Assembly: GCA_000165345.1 (NCBI GenBank)
Contig: CM000429.1
Location: forward strand, 32,001-96,000
DNA: 64,000 nt
Direction of reading: 5' to 3'
In this document: piece after piece, positions 20,816-30,768 of the stretch
How the letters are laid out: each line of letters opens with the position of its first letter
How positions within the stretch are numbered: the first letter of the stretch is position 1
Made by a program: the position numbers and the translations under genes
The notes under the pieces: generated by a model
Databases searched by the model: none
What the model saw: the letters and a program-made list of their open reading frames with translations, nothing else
Told to the model about the DNA's origin: nothing

Positions 20816-22498
20816 ATGTTTTCTACTGCAGTAAAGCTAGCAAACTTAGATGATTATCTAGAATCTTCTCAAGATTGTATAGTTTCACTTTTATCGGATA
20901 AAGATGATACAAAGCCAAAAATTGCAGTGATGAGACCTGCAAAAGCCCAAGGTAATAAAGATGATAAAAAATCAGGAACTAGTGATAAGGCAACAGTAAA
21001 TGTGGCAGATTGTCTTGCTTGTAGCGGATGTGTAACTTCCGCGGAAGCTAAGCTATTAGAGGACCAAAATGTCTCAGAATTTATGAATATACTTAAGCAG
21101 AAAAGGCTAACTGTGGTATCTATTTCGAACCAATCATGCTCTTCTTTTGCCTGCCATCTAAATTGTGATCTAATAACAATTCAGAGAAAATTGTCGGGGT
21201 TATTTAAACATATTGGAGCTAGGTTTGTAATGAATTCAACAATTTCCGAGTATATTTCCTTATTAGAAACAAAGTACGAGTTTATTTCAAGATATAAGGC
21301 AAAATCTGATCTACCAATGATTATTTCACACTGTCCAGGATGGATTTGCTATTCTGAAAAGAGTTTAAATAGTTCTGTATTACCTTTATTGAGTAAAGTT
21401 AGATCAGCACAACAATTACAAGGAATTTTGATCAAGACTTTGACTCTTGAAATATATAATCAATTATTATTTCTGTATAAATTTAGATTAAGCAATTCTT
21501 ATAGAACAAATATGAATGTTAAATCAACCTTTACACAAAACGATAACTTTGTTGAACAAAGTGATATTTTTCATGTTGCTATTATGCCTTGTCATGACAA
21601 AAAATTGGAATCAACCAGAAGTTCTCTTTCTTTGAAGTCATCTGATAAAAATTCTAGTTGTCCTGAAGTTGACATAGTATTAGCAACATCGGAAGTTGGT
21701 GAAATAATAAAATTAGCAGGGTTTAATTCGCTATTGGACGTTCCAGAAGCTCCACTAGATAATTTGTGGCTTAACCAGAATTTTCAAATTACTAAAAAGC
21801 ATAATCTATCTCTTTTAATTACTGAAAATTATGTAAGCAATCAAATTCTGAATCAGTTTTCTTGGTTGATTCCTTCATATTTTAACTCAAACTCAGGCGG
21901 ATTCTGTGAATATATTATAAGAAGTGCAATCAAAGAACTTGCTGGAGATCATATTGATAATAAAGTTCAACTCCCATTTAATAAGTTAAAAAATGATATC
22001 TTAGAAGCCAAATATATTAAAAACAATGTTGAGCTGAATTATTGCCTTGCTTACGGATTTAGGGCAATCCAATCTATCTCTCGTAAGCTTAATTTGCAAA
22101 AGAACGCAAGCCAAAATACTCAGTATAAACAAAGCGTTGTAAATCATGTAAATTATCACTTAATTGAGGCTATGGCATGCCCAACAGGATGCGTTTCTGG
22201 CGGAGGCCAGATACTTTCACAAAACGATCAAAATGATGATAACTCTGATTTAAATAAGCTAAGAAAAAATATAAAGTTTATTGATGAGGTTCAGGAAGCT
22301 TTGTATAAAGGTATTAATTTAAATAAAAATCAAGAAGTTATACTGCCAGATGAAATTCCAATTGTGAATATTTTGTATGAATATCTAATTCATATAGACA
22401 AACAAATTGATAGAAGTTCTGGCTTAAAACTCCCTTTTCTTAGGAATGATTTCGTATCCATTAATGAAGTACCAACTGCATCTTCGTTGAAATGGTAG
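20816..22498 (+). CDS. NAR1: Cytosolic Fe-S cluster assembly factor NAR1/NARFL, an iron-only hydrogenase-like protein.
   Basis: The N-terminal cysteine cluster is VADCLACSGCVTSAEAKLLEDQ. The H-cluster-type motifs are AIMPCHDKKLES and MACPTGCVSGGGQI. The N-terminus MFSTAVKLANLDDYLESSQDCI matches the NAR1 consensus. The track ORF starts at a TTG at 20795, and the first ATG is at 20816. Confidence 0.9.
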   Translation: MFSTAVKLANLDDYLESSQDCIVSLLSDKDDTKPKIAVMRPAKAQGNKDDKKSGTSDKATVNVADCLACSGCVTSAEAKLLEDQNVSEFMNILKQKRLTVVSISNQSCSSFACHLNCDLITIQRKLSGLFKHIGARFVMNSTISEYISLLETKYEFISRYKAKSDLPMIISHCPGWICYSEKSLNSSVLPLLSKVRSAQQLQGILIKTLTLEIYNQLLFLYKFRLSNSYRTNMNVKSTFTQNDNFVEQSDIFHVAIMPCHDKKLESTRSSLSLKSSDKNSSCPEVDIVLATSEVGEIIKLAGFNSLLDVPEAPLDNLWLNQNFQITKKHNLSLLITENYVSNQILNQFSWLIPSYFNSNSGGFCEYIIRSAIKELAGDHIDNKVQLPFNKLKNDILEAKYIKNNVELNYCLAYGFRAIQSISRKLNLQKNASQNTQYKQSVVNHVNYHLIEAMACPTGCVSGGGQILSQNDQNDDNSDLNKLRKNIKFIDEVQEALYKGINLNKNQEVILPDEIPIVNILYEYLIHIDKQIDRSSGLKLPFLRNDFVSINEVPTASSLKW

Positions 22499-22727
22499 AT
22501 AGTAACATTTCGAATTGTTTCTGGCGCCAACATGTAATTTGGACCGGTAATATTGGCTATATTTGACAATGTAAATCATAATGTGGGGTACAGTATTGTT
22601 TAATTTCATCCTACGTTTTGAGATTACTAAATAAAAAAAATATTTTATATTTTCTAAAATTGTTCATTAAGATATTTATTTTTTTCAATTCTTTTGCTAT
22701 ATTCTTGTTTATACTTATGATTTAAAA

Positions 22728-23331
22728 ATGACTCTATTGCAAGTTATTAGAAAAACAAAAATGAAAGAGAAAGAAATGAGAATTTTAGTGCTTGGTTTAG
22801 ACAATGCAGGTAAAACAACTGTTGTTAGGAAGTTTGCTGGCGAAGATATTTCTACAATTCAGCCAACACTAGGTTTTAATATCAAAACACTATTACATGG
22901 TAAATACAGATTAAATACTTGGGATATTGGCGGCCAAAAAACAATAAGAAGTTATTGGAGAAACTATTTTGAAAGCACAGATGGGATAATTTGGGTTGTT
23001 GATTCAACTAATATAGAAAGGATGGACTCTTGCAGCGAGGAATTGCACTGCCTTCTTTCCGAGGAAAGGCTTTCTGGAGCGTCCTTATTGGTTTTTGCAA
23101 ATAAACAAGATTTATCTAATGCATTAAAGCCAGAAGAAGTAGCGCATGTAAGTTTTTTTGATAAAATTAAGTTAATTAAATAAATTTTGTTAGGCTCTTG
23201 GTTTGTCAAATATTAATAACAGACATTGGAGAATTCAGTCATGCTGCGGACTCGACGGGAAAGGCCTTAATGAGGGAATAGATTGGATTGTTAATGATAT
23301 TGCAACAAAAGTATTCTTATTAGTTAATTAG
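22728..23331 (+). CDS. ARL2: ADP-ribosylation factor-like protein 2 (ARL2), two exons: join(22728..23147, 23194..23331).
   Basis: The protein [31 protein letters not shown]...[29 protein letters not shown]...FANKQDL aligns along its whole length with ARL2. A GTAAGT donor sits at 23148 and a TTGTTAG acceptor ends at 23193. The second exon, [41 protein letters not shown], restores the conserved ARL2 C-terminus that a single ORF would lack. Confidence 0.9.
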
Positions 23332-23432
23332 CCCAATTGGTACTATATATTAAATAACTACAAAATAAACAATATAAAATTTATAGATGATCAAACTACG
23401 ACGAGTATTCCAATCTAAATAATAATATACAC

Positions 23433-23916
23433 TTAATCACTATTTGTTTCAGACATTCTCATGTAAATTTTTAATTTTTTATTGCATTGGTTAGAATTCC
23501 ACTGATAAGGATTCAACTTTATATCTTTAGCCATTAAATCGGTATTTTCTTTATATTTATTATATAGCCTTTTCATGATCATTTCCTCTCTTTCTCCAAG
23601 TTTCTCCGGAATTGAGTTATTTTCAAAAACAGGAGGTAAAGTACTCAAAATAACTTCTGGACTTAAGGACTACAAGTTATGAACAAAAAAAAAAATAATT
23701 TAAAAAAATTAATTGCGTATCAAGAATGTCCAGGTTTCAATCCTATAGATAAAAACTTACTTGAAAATTCTGGTTAATGGTCTTTTTATTGTCCCATACA
23801 GAACGCAAATTCTTATCTCTTATTTGCTTCTCTAAATCTACATATTTGTGTTTATTGCTTTTAGTCCTTCTACTCACTTTCTTAAGTGTTCTCCTTCTAC
23901 TTAGTTTAATTGCCAT
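23433..23916 (-). CDS. NOP16: Nucleolar protein NOP16 homolog, two exons: complement(join(23433..23669, 23761..23916)), about 130 aa.
   Basis: Exon 1 is MAIKLSRRRTLKKVSRRTKSNKHKYVDLEKQIRDKNLRSVWDNKKTINQNFQ. A GTAAGT donor, a 91-bp intron and a TTGTAG acceptor follow. Exon 2 is SLSPEVILSTLPPVFENNSIPEKLGEREEMIMKRLYNKYKENTDLMAKDIKLNPYQWNSNQCNKKLKIY. Its VWDNKKTINQNF and DLMAKDIKLNPYQWNSNQCNKKLKIY segments match the NOP16 blocks AWDHAKSVRQNL and KAMARDEKNYYQDTPKQIRSKINVY. The track shows two separate ORFs that begin at TTG. Confidence 0.7.
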
Positions 23917-24166
23917 TATGTTAATTACCAACCACAGCCTTTCTAATTTTAATAATGTATGTTACATTCACTTTCCATTTTGACAATTACCTTTGAAGGC
24001 GCCAATTTTAGGTACAGTTAAAATCGTGATAGAAAAGGCGCTAAATCATGTAGATTTAACAAAATTCCACACATTGTATTGTTTATAATTAAGATTTAAA
24101 GAAAAAAAGAGGATTGAACATAAAGAAATAACAAGTATACATATAAATACTCTTGGAATACACTCT

Positions 24167-24664
24167 ATGTACGGATTTATTAAGTTTTTTGTTGGGTTTT
24201 GCATTCCAGCATACCATTCCATTTTTGCTTTAAAAACTCAAAATCATCATTTAATTAAAATATGGCTAGTATATTTTTTTACAGTTGTCTTTTATGAGCT
24301 GATTTTATCATTCATTTTGGACCCTATCTTTAAAGTTATTGATTCCAGGCTTCTATACTTTAAGACTTTATTTGTTGTATTATATATCTTCCCTGAAACA
24401 GGATTTCAAGAATCATATTTCAGTTTTTTTAGTAATTATTTAAGTAAATTATTCATTCAAGTATTTGAGTACATTAAAAAAATATCATTACCAAAGACAG
24501 ATCTTTCTGAAGAAACTTCAGCCTCAAGTTCACCAGCCCCATCAATACCTGAAGAAGGAGATATTAAAGGTATAACATGCTTGAAAGAATCCATTTCAGA
24601 GGGTACAACTCTTGCTCCAAATACTCCACTTGGAAAGCTAACTACAGATTTTATTCTTTCATAG
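24167..24664 (+). CDS. Yop1 / REEP / HVA22 (TB2/DP1) family ER membrane-shaping protein.
   Basis: The segment GFCIPAYHSIFALKTQNHHLIKIWLVYFFTVVFYELIL...YFKTLFVVLYIFPETG matches the TB2/DP1/HVA22 core, which has the pattern PAY.S..A......WL.YW.V. It carries the two hydrophobic hairpins typical of the family. Confidence 0.8.
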   Translation: MYGFIKFFVGFCIPAYHSIFALKTQNHHLIKIWLVYFFTVVFYELILSFILDPIFKVIDSRLLYFKTLFVVLYIFPETGFQESYFSFFSNYLSKLFIQVFEYIKKISLPKTDLSEETSASSSPAPSIPEEGDIKGITCLKESISEGTTLAPNTPLGKLTTDFILS

Positions 24665-24679
24665 ATACAAATTTAATTA

Positions 24680-25960
24680 TTATAAACTATAGTATGATAA
24701 AATAAATACTAATATTAAAATAAAAGTTAATCCAAAAATGGCTTTGATTAACATTAATGATTTATTATCAATCATTTTTTTTGATGAGAATTTTGAATTA
24801 AAAACATATCTTTTTTGAGAAAATATTATAGCTTTTTTTAGTGTATTTTTGAAATGACAATTGGATAACGAATCTATCAAATCCAAATCATTATATCTTT
24901 TTAATGTATGATATAATAACGAACAGTTCAAGTATTTTGAAGCCCCTTCATTTAAAACTTGTTTTATAGGCTCTTTGATGTTTTTATGGTTTAGGATTAA
25001 GTTTCCAATATTCAAAGAAAAAAGTTTTTCAATATTTGGGAAAAAGAACTCATTAACATATACATTTTTTATATCTGTTTTTCCGGGCTTGTATTTTAGC
25101 TGGGGAGTGGACTTCAGTTGAAATACTGAATATTTCCCAATCAAACTAGCTATGGGCATTAACTTATTTCTATTCAAGTTTTTAAAATCTGCCAAACTAA
25201 AGTGTGTGAACCTATCAATTGAAGCAACTCCTATTTCAACTTTATAATGCTTACTATAGGAGCTTTCGCCCAAACTGGAACATCCGATTGCATAAACATC
25301 TTCAAAATCTAAGTGGTTATGAAGTGTTGAAGCCTGGCAAGTTTCTGATATTATGAACATCTTTTTAAATCTTTTGTGCGCTTTCATTTCTTTGATTGCA
25401 TTAGCAAGTTCAAAAGATGTCATTTCTTCAAAATCTTGAAATTTGAGAAATCCATCTCCTCCATGCCCTGTTAGAAATATAAATATATTTGAATCTTCAT
25501 CTGAAAGAAGTCTTTTTTTATTTGGAACACTGTCATCGTGCTTATTTGTTAATACTTTGATGAAATTTGAAACAGTAACTTCATCTTCCCTGTAGTCTAC
25601 GTCTGCACATTCCATAGTTTGTGTATGATTGTTTAAGTTGTAGAAAAAATCAAAGTCTTCGCTGTACACTCCACCAGGAATTGAATTTCTAGTATTACAA
25701 GGAATATTTTCTGCCAACATTAAAATAATTCTGTCATCTCTAAAGCCATTTTGCCTCAGATAATTATAAAAACTTAGTGCATTTGTGTTATGTCTATAAT
25801 TATACCAGTATCTAGATGTTGACACAATAACTGCCCAATTGTTTTGGCTTTTTAGTTGAAGAAAAGAATATTCAAATGTTTTAGTTCTTGTGAGAAGTCC
25901 TTGAAAAAGGATTTCTAAAGAATAGAATAACAAAATAGTAAAAGCTGAAAAGATCTTCAT
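24680..25960 (-). CDS. GPI8: GPI-anchor transamidase catalytic subunit GPI8/PIG-K, a C13 legumain-like cysteine peptidase.
   Basis: It has a signal peptide, and WAVIVSTSRYWYNYRHNTNALSFYNYLRQNGFRDDRIILMLAENIPCNTRN aligns with GPI8. The catalytic His/Cys context is IFIFLTGHGGDGFLKFQD and FIISETCQAST. It ends in a C-terminal transmembrane helix. Confidence 0.9.
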   Translation of the reverse strand: MKIFSAFTILLFYSLEILFQGLLTRTKTFEYSFLQLKSQNNWAVIVSTSRYWYNYRHNTNALSFYNYLRQNGFRDDRIILMLAENIPCNTRNSIPGGVYSEDFDFFYNLNNHTQTMECADVDYREDEVTVSNFIKVLTNKHDDSVPNKKRLLSDEDSNIFIFLTGHGGDGFLKFQDFEEMTSFELANAIKEMKAHKRFKKMFIISETCQASTLHNHLDFEDVYAIGCSSLGESSYSKHYKVEIGVASIDRFTHFSLADFKNLNRNKLMPIASLIGKYSVFQLKSTPQLKYKPGKTDIKNVYVNEFFFPNIEKLFSLNIGNLILNHKNIKEPIKQVLNEGASKYLNCSLLYHTLKRYNDLDLIDSLSNCHFKNTLKKAIIFSQKRYVFNSKFSSKKMIDNKSLMLIKAIFGLTFILILVFILSYYSL

Positions 25961-26212
25961 CTTATAGTTTTCAAATCTTCATGTTTGATTATGACAGTAT
26001 TATTACTGTGTCATTGTAAAAATTAATTATTCAATTTTAGTACATTTTATTGCACATTCTTAATAAGTGGGGAGATTTACCGCAAAAAGTTATTAGTTAA
26101 GAAAAAATACTTCTAGTAAAGAAATGTAGAGATATTATTTTTAAAAAAGTGGTTTATATATATTTTTTAATTAGAATAGAGGGTGTCAAGTTCATCTTTA
26201 CTTTTCGATAGA

Positions 26213-27604
26213 ATGAAGCCTATTAAGAGAGTTGCAGTTACTCATCTTGAGTGTGGTATAGGAGGCGCAGAACAACTAATGGTATTAGCATCTCTAGCAT
26301 TACAGAGCTACAAATCTTCAAATGAGAAAATCGAGCTGACCTTGTTCACTTCTTACCATGATAAGTCTCACTCATTTTCTGCCACAAATGATGGCAGGAT
26401 CAAAGTAAAAGTTTATGGAAATTGGATTCCAAGAACATTTTTTGGTTACGGTACAACATTATTTTCCTATATTAGAATTATTTATACTTCTCTTATAATG
26501 TTTTTTTTCGTAATGATGACATCATTTTCACTTGAGAAAACAAGTAGATACTACGATGTGATTTTGAATGATCAAGTTAGTGTAATCAATCCTATTTTGA
26601 AATTGATGACTAGAAGACTAATATTTTATTGTCATTTTCCTGATCAGTTGTTGGTTAGAAAAAGAGATGGTTCTCTTAGAAAAATGTATAGATATGTCAT
26701 GGACTTTTTAGAGGAATTTGGCATGAGATATTGCGATTATGTATTTGTAAATTCAATTTTTACCAGAAAGGTTTATATAGAAACATTCAAAGGATTGATT
26801 TCTAATGCAAATAAATATCCTCTTACTTTAAGCTATCCTGAGGTACTTTATCCACCAGTAAATCTGGAGGATATCCCCTCAGAAGAAGAATGTGAAAACT
26901 GTTTTTCAAATTCAAAAATACCTCAGCAGCTGAACAGAGCACCAAATGTACCATTTTTCTTATCATTAAATAGATATGAAAGGAAAAAAAATATTGAACT
27001 TGCTATTAAGTCATTCGCAATATTACGTGACCAATACAAGCCAGGAGAGAAATTGTGTCTTGTTATTTCTGGAGGCTATGACAAAAGAGTTTCAGAGAAT
27101 ATCGAGTATTTTGAAGAACTTCTCAGGCTTGCTAATTCTTATGCTTTTAATGTTTATATTGGAAATGAATGTATTGAATCAACTGATTCTTGTTTCTCCG
27201 TTGTCTTTTTAAGGAGTATTTCTGACTCACTTCGTTGGTCTTTACTAAGAAAATCAATTGGACTTCTTTACACTCCTGAAAATGAACATTTTGGTATGGT
27301 TCCATGCGAAGCAATGTCTGTGGGGACTTGTGTGATTGCCTGCAACTCTGGCGGGCCAACTGAAACAATAGTGCATGGAAAAACTGGTTTTCTTTGCGAA
27401 CCAAATCCAGAAAATTTTGCGATTAGAATGAATGAGCTCATTAAAATTAGTAGAGACAGTATAGAGAGCTCAGTTTGGAGTAGTTCGTGTAAAGAAAGAG
27501 TAACTGCATTATTTAGTCAGAGCATTTTCCAGAAAAGGCTCTGTGAAGTAGCTTATTCAAATGAGACTAAATCAAAAGTATTCAAGAAGATAAAACATTT
27601 ATAA
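26213..27604 (+). CDS. ALG2: ALG2 alpha-1,3/1,6-mannosyltransferase, a GT4 enzyme of the N-glycan precursor pathway.
   Basis: [26 protein letters not shown] matches the ALG2 motif [61 protein letters not shown] matches ALG2. The C-terminal GT4 signature is [42 protein letters not shown]. The track ORF starts at a GTG at 26183, and the first ATG is at 26213. Confidence 0.85.
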   Translation: [463 protein letters not shown]

Positions 27605-27662
27605 CATGAGAAAATAAATTATACAGTTTTAAAAATATAATATAAGCATTTGTACTTCGAAG

Positions 27663-28727
27663 TTAACTGTTTAGTATTTTCTCTATTAAAACTATATATG
27701 AGGAGATGAAAGAGCTGGAATTAGGCATAACCTCACATATAGACCTCTTTTGTACCTTATTTAGAGTAATTCTAATTTTTTTATATATAAGTTTTTTTAT
27801 ATTACTGTTAAATTTAGTGGAGCTCAATGAAAATAGGCATTTTCCTACAACTTTACATATTGTTATCAGTGTATCATCTTCTATATTTATTCTGATTTTA
27901 GAATTATTTGGAGAAATATCTCTGGTTTCGAAATTTATGGAAAAAAGATCAATGGGAATTAGCTCTTGATTTGAAAGAGAACTGCAAAGCCCCAACATGA
28001 TCCAAATAAAAGTTATAGTTCCATTAAAATTCAATTGATGAATGAGCGAAATACAGATTTGCACAAGAGTTGTTTGATCTTTGTGGCTTGTGGGGAAATT
28101 GGAATAACTATCACCATCAAACTTTTCAATGAAATCAACAAACCTATGTTTCCTCTCTGCTTTAGTTTGTTTGAATAGTTTTAATTTATTAGTACCTAAT
28201 ATAACCGATGAGTTTAAATCATCCTCGTGCAAACATAAATTACAAGAACTTGATCTCAACAAGTCAATATTCCTACTACATATCCTTAGTAAAATGTGTT
28301 CAATTCCATCATAATCTGGTCTTAAAGCTTTATGATCCGAGTCGTTTGTGTCAAAATGGCATTTTGGAATTGATGATAATGTACAGAAAGCTCTGGTTAG
28401 ATAAATCCAAGTAAGAATAGCTATAATCGGAGATAAGACATCTTCTATAACACGTCTATTCCCTGTAAGTAATCTGTCTATTAACAAAAGTCTTTTATCG
28501 CATTTATCACCTTTACAAAGTATTAATGCTTGAGCAAGCGTGAAGATAAATTTATTGGATTTCTCTTCATCAGAAATCAAAGAAGTTATAATTTTCAAAA
28601 AATCTGTCCCATCTAAGTCTAGCAATTCCTTGGAAAACTCCAAGCACATCTTCCTTTTATTGTCTATTGTTCCATTTGAACGATTTGCATAAACGCCTTC
28701 AATTAATCCCAAAATTGCCGTACTCAT
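27663..28727 (-). CDS. Hypothetical protein (354 aa) with no recognisable domain.
   Basis: A long ORF opens with ATG at 28727. Its flanking intergenic regions carry GGCGCC promoter boxes. Confidence 0.5.
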   Translation of the reverse strand: MSTAILGLIEGVYANRSNGTIDNKRKMCLEFSKELLDLDGTDFLKIITSLISDEEKSNKFIFTLAQALILCKGDKCDKRLLLIDRLLTGNRRVIEDVLSPIIAILTWIYLTRAFCTLSSIPKCHFDTNDSDHKALRPDYDGIEHILLRICSRNIDLLRSSSCNLCLHEDDLNSSVILGTNKLKLFKQTKAERKHRFVDFIEKFDGDSYSNFPTSHKDQTTLVQICISLIHQLNFNGTITFIWIMLGLCSSLSNQELIPIDLFSINFETRDISPNNSKIRINIEDDTLITICKVVGKCLFSLSSTKFNSNIKKLIYKKIRITLNKVQKRSICEVMPNSSSFISSYIVLIEKILNS

Positions 28728-28999
28728 TTAAACAACGAGATATCAATTTAATTGGGGATCATTTGATATAATGCTCAATTATTGGATACCTTTTATCTTA
28801 AAAAGTCAAAGATGTAGCATAACGGTGCAAACAGCACCTTTAAAGAAACGAGAACTTTCAATAAAATAAAAAAAAAAGATATGGCGCCACCCCACTGATT
28901 ATTTTTAGAAGATAGTATATTGGCAGAAAAAAACTAAGTTATTTAAAAATCTGCAATTAATAAAAAAAACATTGCATTTCTAAGTATCTAATTAGCTAT

Positions 29000-30499
29000 C
29001 TATTTGATTGTTTTCTTATTATCCGATGGAATTTTATTCTTTGACATTAAAACTTTGAGCTTTCTCTCACGAGCCTCTTGATTCTTCTCATTAAATCCAA
29101 TTTCCTCCAACATTAGCAAGGCCTTCTGCTGAGCAACAGTAACCCTATTCATATTTTTCAGTACTTCATCCTCATCTAGCTTTAAAAGCTCCATTTCTTT
29201 TTTCATTTTGCTCTCAAATTCATATACATAGGGCACATCTTGTTCTGTTACAAAAGTAAGAGAAATACCTGTTTTATTCGCACGGCCAACCCTACCAATT
29301 CTATGGATATAATCTTCAAAAGATCTTGGAAAATCATAATTAATGACAAACTCTACATCAGGTATATCCAAACCTCTTGCAGCAACACCGGTGGCAACTA
29401 ATAACTTGCTCGTTTTACTCCTAAACTTTCCAAGAGAAGCAAGCCTTCTTCTTTGATTCATCAAACTATGTAATCCTGTAACAGAGTATCCCATTATTTC
29501 TAGGCAGCTTGTTAGCATTTGACATTGTTGTTTTGTAGCAGTGAAAATTATTCCTTGTTTTATTATCTTATTTTGATCAATAACTTGTTCTTGCTTCTTT
29601 ATAAATTTTTTCTTGTTTTTGGTGCCAAATGTTACATTTTCGTCAACATCCTCCTGAGAATCCTCAAAAAAAGTTGAATTTTTCTCGAATTTTGCTTTAT
29701 CAACAGAATCAATGTTAAAGAAATGAACATTGGATAGAATATAATGTAAATATACAAGTCTAACTCTATGATTCAGAAACAAATACATCTGTCTAATCTT
29801 CTCAACAGGTGAGTCGTCCGGGTTTTCGTTCACAATTATCATCGGAAGTTCTTGAGGTTTCTTTCCTTTCATTTCTTTGGGGGCAGTAGAATAATTGTTT
29901 ACGATCTCTTTAATGGCATTTGTTAACGTAGCAGAGAAAAGCAAAGTCTGGCGTCCAGTACATGACTTTGGAAGAATAGACAATATAGGAAGCATATCAT
30001 CTTCAAGAGATTCGCTCAACAGTCTATCAGCTTCATCCAAAACGAGAAATCTCAAATTTCTCAAAAGATCACTTATATTGCTCCCCGGGTACGAAATGAT
30101 CGATGACAACCTTCCTGGAGTTCCTATTAATATATGAGGTCGCTTCTGATTTAATATATGTATCTGTTCAGATTCGTCAAATCCTCCAGTCAAAACTTGA
30201 CAATTTGCATTTACCTTATTACCAAACACCTGAAATTGATCTAATACCTGATATGACAATTCTCTTGAAGGAACTAGAACAAGACCAAATACTGAAAATG
30301 GATCCTCTGCCAGAATTTGAAGTATCGGTAAGCAATAACATAAAGTTTTTCCGCTTCCAGTTGGAGCATTTCCTACAACATTCCTTCCTTTTAGTATATA
30401 TGGAATACTTTTGGACTGAATTGCCGTTGGAGTTCGAATTTTCAACGAGTCACATGTATCTTGGACCCATTTGTGAAGTCCTAAGTTCAAAAATTCCAT
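29000..30499 (-). CDS. DEAD-box ATP-dependent RNA helicase, DDX49/Dbp8-like.
   Basis: The Q-motif and motif I are TPTAIQSKSIPYILKGRNVVGNAPTGSGKT. It has DEAD (LVLDEADRLL), SAT (FSATLT), ARGLD and HRIGRVGRA motifs. The N-terminus LGLHKWVQDTCDSLKIRTPTAIQ...LPILQILAEDPFSVFGLVLVPSRELSYQV aligns with Dbp8/DDX49. The track ORF starts at a TTG at 30529, and the first ATG is at 30499. Confidence 0.9.
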   Translation of the reverse strand: MEFLNLGLHKWVQDTCDSLKIRTPTAIQSKSIPYILKGRNVVGNAPTGSGKTLCYCLPILQILAEDPFSVFGLVLVPSRELSYQVLDQFQVFGNKVNANCQVLTGGFDESEQIHILNQKRPHILIGTPGRLSSIISYPGSNISDLLRNLRFLVLDEADRLLSESLEDDMLPILSILPKSCTGRQTLLFSATLTNAIKEIVNNYSTAPKEMKGKKPQELPMIIVNENPDDSPVEKIRQMYLFLNHRVRLVYLHYILSNVHFFNIDSVDKAKFEKNSTFFEDSQEDVDENVTFGTKNKKKFIKKQEQVIDQNKIIKQGIIFTATKQQCQMLTSCLEIMGYSVTGLHSLMNQRRRLASLGKFRSKTSKLLVATGVAARGLDIPDVEFVINYDFPRSFEDYIHRIGRVGRANKTGISLTFVTEQDVPYVYEFESKMKKEMELLKLDEDEVLKNMNRVTVAQQKALLMLEEIGFNEKNQEARERKLKVLMSKNKIPSDNKKTIK

Positions 30500-30768
30500 T
30501 TCTTCATAATAATTAATAATACTTAGCAAGATTTACTAATTTACTACGATAAATCTATTTTCTCTCGAAATTTGACCTTTCAAATTTTGGCGCCAAAATT
30601 TGAATTTGTATTTATGTAATGAAAGTTCATTACAGTTTTGCATGTAAAAGTAGTTGTTCAAGCTAATGGAATTCATTTTCTATTAAGAATTAAATTTGAT
30701 TTAGTATGAGCAATAATTTTTATTAGAAATATCTTTTAAGATTTTGAAATTTAAATTTACCTATTAAG

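Noticed and set aside
24680-27604. Reading GPI8-ALG2-Yop1 adjacency as an ER glycosylation operon-like cluster.
   Set aside because: There are three genes with independent promoters in a genome where most neighbours are functionally unrelated. It is probably chance, and no shared motif beyond the generic GGCGCC sets them apart.
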